Positions 24,233-36,062 of a stretch of 64,000 nucleotides of DNA are shown here, in pieces. The stretch covers positions 248,001 through 312,000 of the forward strand of contig NIVC01000621.1 of assembly GCA_002269645.1 (NCBI GenBank), written 5' to 3'. The DNA is from Macrostomum lignano (taxonomy: Eukaryota). The position numbers were made by a program, and so were the translations under genes. The notes beneath the pieces were generated by a model. It was not told the DNA's origin. It saw nothing but the letters and a program-made list of their open reading frames with translations, and did no database searches. Within the stretch, counting starts at the first letter, position 1. The number at the start of each line of letters is the position of its first letter.

Positions 24233-25237
24233 ATGAAACAGCTCAAAAAATGGCGGAAATCTCTGACGGCGAAGTCGGTGAAAACAACGGATACAACACG
24301 TTCAACATGTTCAACAAGTTCGACATGTACAGCACGGACTTCAAAGCCTTATTTTAGTGCCGTCAATCGAAAGCCGCTATTAAAAGACGAGCCGGAGACC
24401 GCCACAGAGTACGCAACCGTCAGCGAACTGGTCACTCTGTACTTGTACGCGAGGCCTCTAAATCCACTGAAATCCATTTTGATCAAAAGCATCGAGCGAA
24501 TCGAGCAGCCAGTGCTCGATGCCCGATTTCACGCCGCTCGCGAACTCCTGCTTGTCGACTCGGAGCCACGGTTGCTCATTCACGATGCCAGCCTGAATGA
24601 CAGAGAGAAAGTCTTCAATGAAGCTGGTTTCACCGCAACTGAAGGTCCCTACGGTTGGGGAATTTACTTCTTAACTGAGAACAACAGCAAGCGACCCAGC
24701 TACAGCACTCAGAGTGGCGACCAGACACTTCTGCTGGGCGAAGTCCTCCTGGGCAAAGAGAAACTCTGCGACCAGCCCGATCCGGGGCTCAACCTCTCGA
24801 AGATTCAAGACGAGGGCTGCGACTCGGTGCTAGCAAACAACAGCCTTGCCGGCTTCGGCACATGCGTTGTTTACCGACACGAGCAGGCCACTCCAAGGTA
24901 CCTGGTGACGTTTGAAGTGACGAATAATGATTTTGGCCGACTGAGTGACCATTTCTACGCGGCTGTGAGGTTTTTGCTTATGGCGGTGCTGTCCGTGCCA
25001 TTTGCAGTTTTTGTCGCTCTGAAGCTGGAAAACGTTCGAGAGAGGATTCTAGATATTTTTAAATCAGAACTTTGTTGGCTTATCTTCATCTTTGTCCTGG
25101 CTTGTGCAGCAGCTATAGGACTTATATTTATTTTCTTACTGGATTGGCTATTGAGTATCGGTTGGATCATTCAACCCTTTCTGGTGATCGTCTGTCTCGT
25201 GACGATCCCGGCTTTTTGGAGGGGCATCGGACAGTGA
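24233..25237 (+). CDS. PARP-type ADP-ribosyltransferase-like protein with three C-terminal hydrophobic helices (PARP-A, 334 aa, single exon)
   Basis: LLIHDA, GPYGWGIYF, LLLGEVLLGK, GCDSV, VVYRHEQATPRYLV. The catalytic Glu position is T/C. Three hydrophobic segments lie in the last ~90 aa. Confidence 0.8.
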   Translation: MKQLKKWRKSLTAKSVKTTDTTRSTCSTSSTCTARTSKPYFSAVNRKPLLKDEPETATEYATVSELVTLYLYARPLNPLKSILIKSIERIEQPVLDARFHAARELLLVDSEPRLLIHDASLNDREKVFNEAGFTATEGPYGWGIYFLTENNSKRPSYSTQSGDQTLLLGEVLLGKEKLCDQPDPGLNLSKIQDEGCDSVLANNSLAGFGTCVVYRHEQATPRYLVTFEVTNNDFGRLSDHFYAAVRFLLMAVLSVPFAVFVALKLENVRERILDIFKSELCWLIFIFVLACAAAIGLIFIFLLDWLLSIGWIIQPFLVIVCLVTIPAFWRGIGQ

Positions 25238-26379
25238 GGGACTGACGGTACGGAGCGAAAGCTTTCCCCAATTTTTACAAAAAATGTTTCCTAATATATT
25301 ATTACATGTACTAACTAGATGTTTGCTCGGAAGACTATCATTGGTATAGTTCTTTGGTTTGTTTGTTTTGTGTCATCAGACCTCATCATTTTGTGAAGAT
25401 TTTTAATTTTCGTGAAAAACGGATATTTATTGCTCTTTATATAGTGTTTAGCCACTCTGAAAAAATAATTCATTTGCTCCAAACGTTTGCTTCAAATATA
25501 TGGGTACTGGAATCCCACCATTAAAAAACTTATACCTGCACTCATGTCGGTATTAAGAAATGCGCAAATTTTTATTAGCTTTTTAATGCAGGCATGTTTG
25601 TTATATAAATAACATAAATAATAAAAAAAATTCTATAGGGCAGACAAGCAAGACTACTTTTAGACCACTGTTAGTTATTAGTAGTTCCGTTTGAAGAAAT
25701 GTTAGAATCGCGATTGGAAGGATATTTGCGACAGAGTATTAGGAGAAGTTAAGTGAATTGGGTATATAAGCTCGTAGCTCGTATATTACACTTTTCATTA
25801 GCAATTTTTAAACAAAATTTTCTATGATTTATATTTCTATATTTAATGTTTTCTACTTTTAAAAGTAGATAGCTACTTTTTCGATGGCCGTCCGTTGTAG
25901 TTTTTTAACCTTTAGCTCTGACATTAGAGCCGGGATCATTTTTAATTCAAAACAAGGACATCACAGCTAATAGACAACTATTCCACAACTATTTCACAAC
26001 TTTGTCACAACCATTCGACTAAAGACCGTCAGGCATTTATTTAACCCAAGTATGAAAGTTTCGGATTCTAAATAAAGCACAATTTTGTATTTCTGCACAT
26101 TTACTCTCGACAATGCTACCTGACGTACTCAACTTAATGGTTAGAGGTTTATTTTTAAATTGCATTGCTACTTTTTTACTTTCGAATTGTATTTTTATCG
26201 TGATCTCATGCTCAGTGTACTACTCTCGGTAATAAGACAAAAATGAAAAATGAAAAAAGAAGAAAAGAAAAAAAGAAAAAAGAAAAAGTGGAAGGGCAAC
26301 CGGTTTACAACGAGATATGTCTGGAAGAATCCATAACCATTTTAGGACCATGCACACCTGCCTGTAGTCGGTGCAACTG

Positions 26380-27030
26380 TTCCGATGCAGCTGGTGTTGC
26401 TGGTGCAGCCACCTGATGTGGTATTGTGGGAGATTTGCGTCCTACGTATGGGTAGCCTCATCATACGGTGGTTTCTGTCTGGGTTGCTACTCTCCTTAGG
26501 AGAGATGAATCCACAGCACGTTACGCAGCTGGATATTGCTGTGACTGGTTGTCCATATGATTATAATCCTGTTAAGGACTGAGAGAGACTGCACACTGCG
26601 GTGGTATTGAGATACTGTAGCAGTGGAAATTTGGCTATCAGTGTAACAAATAAATATTGAATTTCTTGATGTTCGCCTAGCTAGAGTAGGTGCTGGGCAC
26701 ACTGCTCAATGACTCATGTTTCGGCTGGGAAAACCGGGATGTTCTCACTGAGGTGCAGACTTTCCTGGAAGAGCATCTTACCCTCGATGGTGGAAGATGG
26801 CGATACCCGCTCCAGCGCGGCCGTTAAACAATGAGCCGTCAGTGACGCACCGACATCCAGTGAGGTGCTGCTGTCTGAGGTGCGGTCTGGAAGTCCCTCC
26901 TGATGTTGAGAGCGGGGAGGCGACTATTCACAATGTACGGGTCGATGTGGATGTTGGTAAGGTCGCGAAGGACGAAATCCATATGCGGGATTAGAGTTTT
27001 CATTGGCATAAAAGCCAGAAAGTGTGTCAT
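26380..27030 (-). mobile_element. Degenerate non-LTR (I-group) RNase H remnant
   Basis: Broken frames give [27 protein letters not shown] and IIIIWTTSHSNI. Confidence 0.6.
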
Positions 27031-27542
27031 TTAACGTTTTATCACCGATATCATAGCATTGGCCCTAATAAACTTATGAAGCGGAGGCGAATTTAGGATA
27101 GCGTTCAGCCCCTCGAAGTGGGGTTGATGGGTATGCACCTGTGTGATGACGCGACAGATGCTGCCCTACAGCTGGTAGAGACGCTCACGAGCGGTCTTCT
27201 GCTTCAGCACGTTAGACCGCAGGGCCGAATGATGCTCGGTGCAAACTCAACGGTCCGTTTTCGGAGAGAGGCCCCTAAATGTACTAGCGATACGACAAAT
27301 GTACCAGTGTGCATTCATTTTCGGCTTCATTTCATTTCTAAGAAAATTAAGTGTAGCTTGCTTCTACTACTCTTGTGTTAGTGTTCAATGCTACTATATA
27401 TTTTTGCTGAGATATGGGTTGATCACGTGCAGGATAAATATTATACTTTTGTTTTTTGTCATCCCTTTAAACGACGTCTCATAGAAACCCATTTTATGTA
27501 ACTGAAGCTTGACAAATCTCTGCTCTTTACATAATAATTTTA

Positions 27543-28290
27543 TGCCAAATCACTCCCTGACACACCGGGTCACTCTCTGACGTGCCAAATCACTCTCTGA
27601 CTCATTCTGTCACTCTCTGACGTGCTAAATCACTCCTTGAAACACCGGGTCACTCTCTGACTTGCCAAATCACTTTCTGACTCATTGTGTCACTCTCTAA
27701 CATGCAAAATCACTCCCTGACACACCAGATCACTCTCTGACGTGCCAAATCACTTTCTGACTCATTGTGTCACTCTCTAACATGCAAAATCACTCCCTGA
27801 CACACCAGATCACTTTCTGACGTGCCAAATCACTTTCTGACTCATTGTGTCACTCTCTGACATGCAAAATTACTCCCTGACTCATTGTGTCACTCTCTGA
27901 CATGCAAAATTACTCCCTGACTCATTGTGTCACTCTCTGACGTGCAAAATCACTCCCTGGCACACTGGGTCACTCTCTGACGTGCAAAATCACTCCCTGA
28001 CACACAGGGTCACTCTCTGACGTGCTAAATCACTCCCTGACACACAGGGTCCCTCTTTGACGTGAAAAATCACTCCCTGGCACACTGGGTCACTCTTTGA
28101 CGTTCCAAATCATTTTATGACACACTGTATCACTTTTTGACATGCCAAATCACTCTCTGACTCATTGTGTCACTCTCTAACGTGCCTCCTGACTGACACA
28201 CTGGGTCACTTTGACATGCAAAATCATTTTCTGACACACTGGGTCACTATTTGACATGCCAATTTTCTGATTCATATGGTCACTCTGACA
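27543..28290. repeat. ~39-40-bp degenerate minisatellite made of two related half-units
   Basis: Unit approx. CACTCTCTGACGTGCCAAATCACTCCCTGACACACCGGGT. Confidence 0.9.
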
Positions 28291-28644
28291 TACTCATATT
28301 AGTTTTCTATGTCAGTCCTGTTTGGTCCTTAAGACGGCATATGCCACTAGCCTGAGCTACAATTACTTTTTCATTTATTTCATTCTAAGTCTAAGCAGAT
28401 GAGAAAAGCTCTAAAAGAGAGGGTAGAATAAAAGCCGTCTAGACAGAATACTCGAAAAAACCCAAGACGGGGTTTGAATGGGGGTCATTTTCGGCCCACC
28501 CAACCGTACTCTGCATAAGGTGTTCTTACTTTATTTCAAATTTACTTGCTCAAAATTCTCACTGCCAAGGGCTTGCGACCATCAATCGTGTATTAATGTT
28601 CTTCGTGGCTTCAAGTTTGTTATGTAAGACAGTATATGCTAGTA

Positions 28645-28808
28645 ATCTCACCCATTACCGAGTCTATCTCACCCATTACCGAATCTATCTCACCCATTAC
28701 CGAATCTATCTATATATACTAGCGTATCTCACCCATTACCGAATCTATCTCACCCATAACCGAATCTATCTATACGAGCGTATCTCACCCATTACAGAAT
28801 CTACCTCA
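28645..28808. repeat. 21-bp tandem repeat
   Basis: ATCTCACCCATTACCGAATCT repeated with short interruptions. Confidence 0.85.
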
Positions 28809-29122
28809 CATATGACTGATTCAACTTCTCGATCGCTGCTTGTTATTCTGGCATTCGGTATCCCAGCTGGCTTTTCGATGAATTTCCATTACAAATCCTT
28901 GAAAACGTAAAAGCACCAACAATTTAATGAATCCATTCCAACAATTAAAATCGAAGATTTGGTTTATAATAATATAATATAAGAATAAGCCTAGTAGTAT
29001 ATTTGTGAATGTCCGCGATGTTGAGCAGTCACTTTGGTCTGCAATTTTTACAAGTAAAGCAGTGTTCAGCTGATTTAGCTATCAATTTCCAATGCGATCA
29101 GTCAGAAGACGCTCGGGTTTGT

Positions 29123-29380
29123 TCAGCCCAAGCGGAAGTAGGAACGAAGGTAGCGGCGCTCGCCCCCACGCCTGCGATACGTAATCCGGAACCACCTGCT
29201 AAACCACTTCAATTCCGGATGGGCGTCTTCGTTGGAATCATCCAGCTCCGGTTGGTCCATGTCGGCCAGGTCGTCGTTGGGCCCCTCGTCCAGGTCGTCG
29301 TTGTCTTCGCGCTCAGCCGGGTTGGCGTAGACCGCCAGCGCCACGCAGAGGAGGAGACCGAGGGCGAACTGCCACTTCAT
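29123..29380 (-). CDS. Secreted peptide precursor: signal peptide, acidic propiece, cationic aromatic C-terminal peptide (antimicrobial-peptide-like, 85 aa)
   Basis: MKWQFALGLLLCVALAVYA signal; 17 D/E in the spacer; KWFSRWFRITYRRRGGERRYLRSYFRLG-stop. Upstream TATAAAT at 29486-29480; possible ATTAAA polyA signal at 28928-28923. Confidence 0.8.
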   Translation of the reverse strand: MKWQFALGLLLCVALAVYANPAEREDNDDLDEGPNDDLADMDQPELDDSNEDAHPELKWFSRWFRITYRRRGGERRYLRSYFRLG

Positions 29381-29479
29381 GACTGCTGCTGTTGTTGAAT
29401 TTTGAGCTCAGAGAGATTCGATTTGCAGAGCCGATTCTCGACTTGGGTCTTGAGCTGTTGGAAGCTCAAGGGGGCTTGA

Positions 29480-29486
29480 ATTTATA
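29480..29486 (-). promoter_or_regulatory. Candidate TATA box of the peptide precursor gene
   Basis: TATAAAT on the minus strand, 100 nt upstream of the ATG. Confidence 0.5.
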
Positions 29487-29685
29487 GACCCGCATGACTG
29501 AGGCTGGAAGCTCGTGTTTCCTAACCTCCAATAAACAGAGCCCCGAAAACGTGGTCGAAGAAGGTCTGAATGCTTTAGGCATTCTTTATGGTAACCTTTT
29601 CTCTTACAGCGCCTCGACTGCTCAATGCTACCTAGCCTTGAGACGCCAACGATAAAGAGGAGCTTGTCAGGGTTAGATTCACTAT

Positions 29686-30182
29686 TGTCACGGGGCTCTA
29701 AAAGCTGAATAAGACTCAATTTATGAGCCAGGTAAATGAATCAAAACAAATTCAAAGAACATTGCGCTACCGAAAGAAACCACTGCAATAGACAAACTGC
29801 CTGCATAGCTGGGTACTCTCCGACTGCTTTCCATCTCTTTCGCTTTATGGCATTTATGGCAGCCTGAAGAGCAACAACTATAATAATGTCTGTGTTAAAA
29901 GGACGTTTTCATTGGTTGTCACAGAGCAACTGAAAAGAATTGCAGTATTGTGGCATGTGCTACAGAGTTGATTGGCGATCAGCACTTGGCATCTTGAGTA
30001 GCTCGTAAAAATTGATGAACTGATTGTTGTGGGTTGATGGCTTAGCCATAGACATTTTTGTTACGCGACTGCGTTGATGAATTGAACCATGCTATTGAGT
30101 TATGAAATAAATGATAGACGCGTCAGAGGTCAACAGACCGCTAGACTGACAATTGCTAAAGGCTAAAGCCAAAAGCACAACA
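29686..30182 (+). mobile_element. Candidate 5' LTR of the Ty3/Gypsy element, with a PBS-like sequence at 30184
   Basis: TGT...ACA termini and AATAAA ~75 nt before the end. Followed by G+TGGCGTCGGCAAG, tRNA-Ser-like with a short gap. No second LTR in the window to confirm. Confidence 0.45.
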
Positions 30183-30210
30183 GTGGCGTCGGCAAGCATA
30201 GGCTACGAAA

Positions 30211-33200
30211 TTGCCTGGAAGTACGCCAGCATCGCCAACTAAAGGAGTTGGTAAAACGGTTTCGAGCGACAAAGCACCACCGCTTGCTATCTCGTCGAAA
30301 TCAGTCCAAGCGACAAAGTCGGCAACAGCGACAGCGCAGAACCCAAGCGCACAAGTATCGAGAGGACAGCAAGTTGACATCGAAAAACTCGATGAAAGTT
30401 CGAACTTCCAGAGGTGGTTGGACCGATTCACACTGTGCAGCGAACTCAACGGCTGGCAGGACGACACGAAAAACAAGCTGCTGCTGATGAAGCTCAGCAC
30501 CAAGCTGTACGACGCATTGGCAGATCGAGCCGCTCCCAAGAAGCCGGGAGAAAAGAGCTTCGATGAACTGACCAAACTACTGGCCAGCATCCTGGAACCA
30601 AAGACGTTCGTCATGGCTGAGAGATTCAATTTCCAGCATATCACTCGCACGGCATCAATGAGCATTCGTGAGTATGCACAGCAACTCTGCATGCAGGCAG
30701 ACAAGCGTCAGTTTGGCCTATCCAGAGATGAGAGACTGAGAGATCAGCTCGTATTCGGTTTGAATGACAAGGTGGCCATCAGCAAGTTATTGGAGCAGGA
30801 CTTCAGCACTCTCACGTTTGAGACAGCTATCAACATCGCTGAGGCGCACCAGAACCTATCACAAACGCAAATACTAAAGGGTTGCACCAGTCAGCCGCAG
30901 TCTTCTGAAGTAATGAAAATTTCAGCATCGGTGGCCAGAGGCTCCCACTCTACAAGTTCCAAGTGTGGCAGATGTGGCATAATGCATGGCTCCAATGGAG
31001 GGTGTCCTGCGAAAGGAAAAACGTGCAACAAATGTGGCATGCAAAACCACTTCGCAACAGTTTGCAAAACGAAATCAACTGGTTTTGGCAAAGGCCGAAA
31101 ATCGTTCAAAAGCCCGTCAGCATCTGGTCAATTTAGGCGAGCTGCAGTGTGGCCAAGGACCACAAGCTTTGTAGATGCAAGCGAAGCTGAACAGGAGGAT
31201 TGTTTTCACATTCGACATCCCGTTGATAGCTACACCGTGCCTGTTAGGCTCAGACACACGAGCGGGTCGATGCTTAGCGTGAACGCACAAATCGATACTG
31301 GGGCAGGAGTTTCGGTAATGTCAAAAACGATCTGGAAACGATTGGGTTGTCCAAAGCTGACACCTACAGACACTGTTCTGACAACATACGCTGATACGCA
31401 GATAAAGGTCTTTGGAACACACGACACTGAGTTGGAGTACAATGACGAGTTCATTCCAATCACATTCTTCATTGTGGAATCGCAGAGGAACTTTGTTCTG
31501 GTTGGCCAAGACAAGCTCAATTTCACGCTAAACGCTGTAGACAACAGCTGCACATCGGCAACCCAGTCATGCGAATTTCCACCAGTAACTCTTAAGATCA
31601 AGGAAGGAACCACTCCAATTCATTGCAAACCCAGGCCGCTACCCTTCGCACTCAGACAGGGAGTCAAGGATGAAATCGATCGGTTGCTTGAAGAAGACAC
31701 CATCAAGCCCGTCAAGTTCAGTGAATGGGCCTCACCAATTGTCGTGGTCAAGAAACGTTCTGGAAAGCTCAGACTTTGCGTCGACTACAAGGTGACAATC
31801 AATTCTCATCTTATCAACGATTCATATCCGATGCCTGCACCTGACGAAGTGATTGCAGCTGCTGCTGGCAGCCGGATATACACTCGTCTGGACCTAGAGA
31901 AAGCTTATCACCAGATCCCACTAGATGAAGCTTCCAAAGAGCTGACAGTAATTTCAACACCATTTGGGATGTTCGCTTTCAACAAGCTTCCGTTCGGAGT
32001 GAAAACAGCACCTGCGATCTTCCAGCGGTACATTAGCCAAGTCCTACAAGGAATTCCTGGCGTCATTGCCTACGTAGACGACATATTGATATGCGGCAAA
32101 GGCGTAGAACAATTGGCAGTTCGTGAGACGGAAGTATTGCATCGACTAAACCAGCAAGGATTGAATATCAACACGGCAAAAAGTGAATTCCGCAAGACTT
32201 CGATCAAGTTTCTAGGCTACTTATTGGAAGGAGATCAGCTCAAGCCGGACCCAGCCAAAGTGAAGGCAATCCAGGACATGACACCACCGCAGAACGTTGG
32301 CGAGCTTAAATCCTTCCTGGGTCTCGTAAATTTTAGCGGCAAGTTCATCAGAAACCTAGCTGCACTGACCAAGCCTCTCAATCGACTAAGAAAGAAAAAT
32401 GAGGACTTCGTGTGGACAAAGGAGTGTCAAATAGCATTTGACGAAATCAAGGTCACTCTGATCAATCGAGTCTTCAAATATTTGATCCGGAGAATCCCAT
32501 TGAACTGGAATGCGACAGTTCTCAGCGAGCTCTGGGCGGAGTGTTGACACAAAGCGGTCAAGTCGTGCTGTACATGAGCAAGACTCTGTCTGACGCCGAA
32601 ACAAAATATTCGCAAATAGAGCGTGAAGGCCTGGCACTGGTTTGGTGCATTCAAAGATGCCATCGGTTCTTGTATGGCCGGAGGTTCACACTGATAACTG
32701 ATCACCGGCCCCTCACATACATATTCGCGCCAGACAAACAGCTGCCCACCAGAGTTTCAGCTCGACTACAACGATGGGTAATTATACTAGCTGCTTATGA
32801 CTATGACATACAGTATCGACCATCAAAGCTAATGCTGTCGGATGCGCTATCTCGACTGGTGCCCGCTAAGCCGAATGCACAGACAGCATCGATCGGACTC
32901 CTCGAAGCTGACAACCCGGGAGTAATTCAGCTGGATCGCATTGCACACGCAACCAGAGAGGACCCGGAGTTCAGATGCCTGGGCGCAGCCATAATTAACA
33001 ATAATCTATTTGACGACCCACACCTACTCAGCTACTCAAAGGTTCAAGATGAGCTAACTGTCAATGATGGAATTATTTACAGAATGAATAGAATTGTATT
33101 GCCTCGTGTCCTGAGAGAAACTGCCCTGGCAGCTGTACACTCAACGCACCTTGGGTAGAAAAGTCAAAGTCGATTTTGAGGAAACTGTTCTGGTGGCAAC

Positions 33201-33378
33201 AGATGGACCGTGACATCGCTGACTACATTGGACGATGCAACGTGTGCAACGCGTACAAGTCCAGAAATAAGAACTTTCGGCACTCGTGGCCAGAACCTGA
33301 CAACCCCTGGGAGCGAGTGCACATTGATTTTGCCGGTCCGATAGAGGGCAAGTACCTACTCATCATTGTGGATGCTCC
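30211..33378 (+). mobile_element. Ty3/Gypsy (Mag-like) gag-pol; two frameshifts (~32470, ~33155), truncated in integrase
   Basis: Two CCHC knuckles, protease IDTGA, RT (RLCVDYK, YVDDILI), RNase H (ECDSSQ..LGGVL, YSQIEREGLA, LITDHRPL), integrase HHCC and RVHIDFAGP..IIVDA, after which homology stops. Confidence 0.95.
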
Positions 33379-33379
33379 A

Positions 33380-34060
33380 TATATATCTATGGTTCAATGC
33401 AACAATTCTTTCTTTGGCCCGGCCAAAGAAACAGCGGTCCGGGCCAGAGAAATCAACTCAACAACAGTATATTTATTATCAGAAAGTGAAGTAATAAAAC
33501 AACATTAACAATGCAATATTAAAGAAAGAAATTTTTTTACGATGCTGTATTTTGTCACTTCAATCATTCAATCATTCGAAATAGATGCTCTCTTTGTTTG
33601 TATCGCCACACACCTCCAGGCGCATTCTCTTCACCCTTGGTTGACCACTGCCAACGCCACCGTCCATCTCGTCTCCAGCCCCGGCCGGCTCGGTTTTTGC
33701 TGCACTTTCCGGTTTCGTTTCAGCAGCTGCAGATCCAGCTAGGATGGCGCTGAAAGTTTTCTCTTGACTCATTGAGATGCCAATGTAGCGCTCTAAAGCG
33801 TTGCTACTGTGCCCGGTCACACGTGCTATGTCAGCTCGTTGCACGCCAGCCTCGTTCAGGGTGGTAGCGCAGGTCTTGCGTAGACTTTGATTAGTGTAGC
33901 GTGTACCATTACCAGGCGAAACATCGTTCACTAAAGTCTTGACAGTGTCAGCCAGGGTGTGCCGTCCCATTGGCGTCCGCATAAACCACTCGGCGCGGCT
34001 GTCTCGGCTACGCCTCGGCCAAGAAACGAGTTCTCAGCCAAGCGGTTTGGACCAAAGAAG
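33380..34060 (-). mobile_element. Crypton-type tyrosine recombinase fragment (C-terminal half, ORF 33982-33572) with 3' region
   Basis: WF..PMG..TL, TNQSLRKTCATTL (HxxR position is Q), TGHSS..LERY: DUF3504/CryptonA-like. No RT nearby in this orientation; the 5' half is missing. Confidence 0.7.
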
Positions 34061-35759
34061 TAAAGAAACGGAAAGAACTTATACGTATTTCATTTTGTAT
34101 TAAATTTCACTGCGATTTCTTAAACTACTAAAACATTAATAATGCTAGTCTGTGTATGTGGTAAAAAACATATCCAAGTAATGCTTTTTGAGAACTGAGT
34201 CATTTATAGATTGGCCTCCAACTTTTGCAATTTCTCAGCTCTAGTTATTGATTAGTCCCTGACACTGCTACCAAATTTTGTTGTCTATAATAGCGGAATT
34301 ACGAGCGTACATTACTACATGTAGAGAGATCTTGTCCTAAAGCGCACGATTTGACGCCCCTCCTTTTTGGCCACTTCTGTGGTCGGTGCGGGGCGTGATA
34401 TTATTATTTTTTATTATTAATATTATTATGATGTAACCACGTTTTGGTCGCGGAATCATGTAGGGAAATTTTTCGAACTATCCCAGATCCCTACTGGGCA
34501 GAGCTGTAGAGACTGGGCCGAGTCCCTGACCAGGACACCTGACTCACGCTCTGTCGCGACCTCCTGCTGTCTCTGTTCCGTCTCCCACTCGGCCACACTT
34601 GCCTTTCCGAAGCCCCCTTTTTTTGCGTACCTCGCCTGCTTTCCCATTTCTCATGCACCCCACCCATTTATCATGTATTTCTCGTGCTTCCCATCTTTTT
34701 ATCACGTTTTAGCACGGTTTACTTGCGCTGTGTCCTCCTTGTCCCGTGCCTACTTAGAGTATCGCTTGTGCTCATCGTCACCTCAATCTCCTTTAAGGAT
34801 CCCAAATGGTGACGCAAGGCTCCTGACCCCTCCCTCACCCCGATGACTCATTAACCTCCTCTTGCGCAGCCTTTCTCATGCTATTATTCTCTTCCTAAGA
34901 TTTCTCATGGATCCCATTGTTCTCAATGTTTGCTTGCGCAATTCACTTCTTCGACCGAAAGTAGTATGTATGTAAGTAGTATGCTAACAATTTTTATGAT
35001 TTTTTGTGGGAAGTAGAACACTCTACAACTGTAGTGCACTGTTATGTCGCGTCTCTCCTTTGCTCCTCGCTTTAGCCTTCCCCACGTGCCTCGGCATCGC
35101 GTGTACATGTACGCCCTTGCACTGGTACGCAACAGTGGCACGTTGTGCTCACTAGCTCGCATGTGCTCAAACTAGTATATGTAAATGCTTAAATATACGG
35201 CCATGAGAGCCCAACTTCTACGCCCACACAAGAGCACTACAGTGACTTTGAGCTTGTGGGTGGTGGTTGGTAAATCAGTTTTAGACGATGTAACTTTTCA
35301 AGCTTGTGACTTTTCGAGCTTTTGTGGAGCCCTGTTTCGGCGATGTGATTTTTCTAGCTTACGAGTATGACGGCGACCCCCCAAATATACTTCGTTTACT
35401 TTGTCCTTTTTCACAGTAGAACATGTACGTGCATGCAATACCCTGCGCAGATAACATGCAACTTCTCGCATACATGTAGATGATAGGGATATCTAATGTA
35501 TGTGTATATGCACATGTCTATTATTGTTTTTGTTAAACCATAATGCCAATAGAACAACAAAAGATGCAGCCCAGTAAGGTCACGCGGTCAGGATACGTCA
35601 GATGGCCGTGCCTCGGTGCGACGAAGTCCGCCCCGCCAGTGGTGTCGGGCGTCCCGGCATCTCAAAGCAGGCTGTCCACACATAGACTGAATCCCGCTTG
35701 GCCCCATTTAAATATACCCTGCAAGGTGAATAGCGGGACGTCCTGTAGAGGTTGGGACT

Positions 35760-36062
35760 GAGAAGGACGGTGGGTTGATCAGTAGGCCGCCCAGGCGAGT
35801 CCTATGCGCCGCCAGATGTCCTCCTCTATGTGGAGCACCAGACCGCCAAGGTAGGTGAACCGCTGGCAGCGGGCGAGCGCATGGTCTTCTGCGCTGAGGC
35901 ATACATGTATACCGTACAGGTCCTCTGGGAAATCAGCCGACACGGTGAGAACCTCGGTATTAAGTGTGTTGACCACAAGACCAGCCTATTGATCTGGCGC
36001 TGGGCGCCTTAATAACAGTTAATTGTTGACAGGAAGGCGAGGAGGTCATCGTCGAGGCCAAA
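35760..36062 (-). mobile_element. Degenerate RTE-like LINE fragment, same family as 15863-16777
   Basis: DDDLLAFLS, GAQRQINRL, VNT..TEVL, CQRFTYLGGLV, RRIGLAWAAY, with stops and frameshifts. Confidence 0.8.

Noticed and set aside
34433-34925. Possible solo LTR (TGT...CA)
   Set aside because: Flanks give only an imperfect duplication (ATGA/ATGT), and there is no similarity to the candidate Gypsy LTR.
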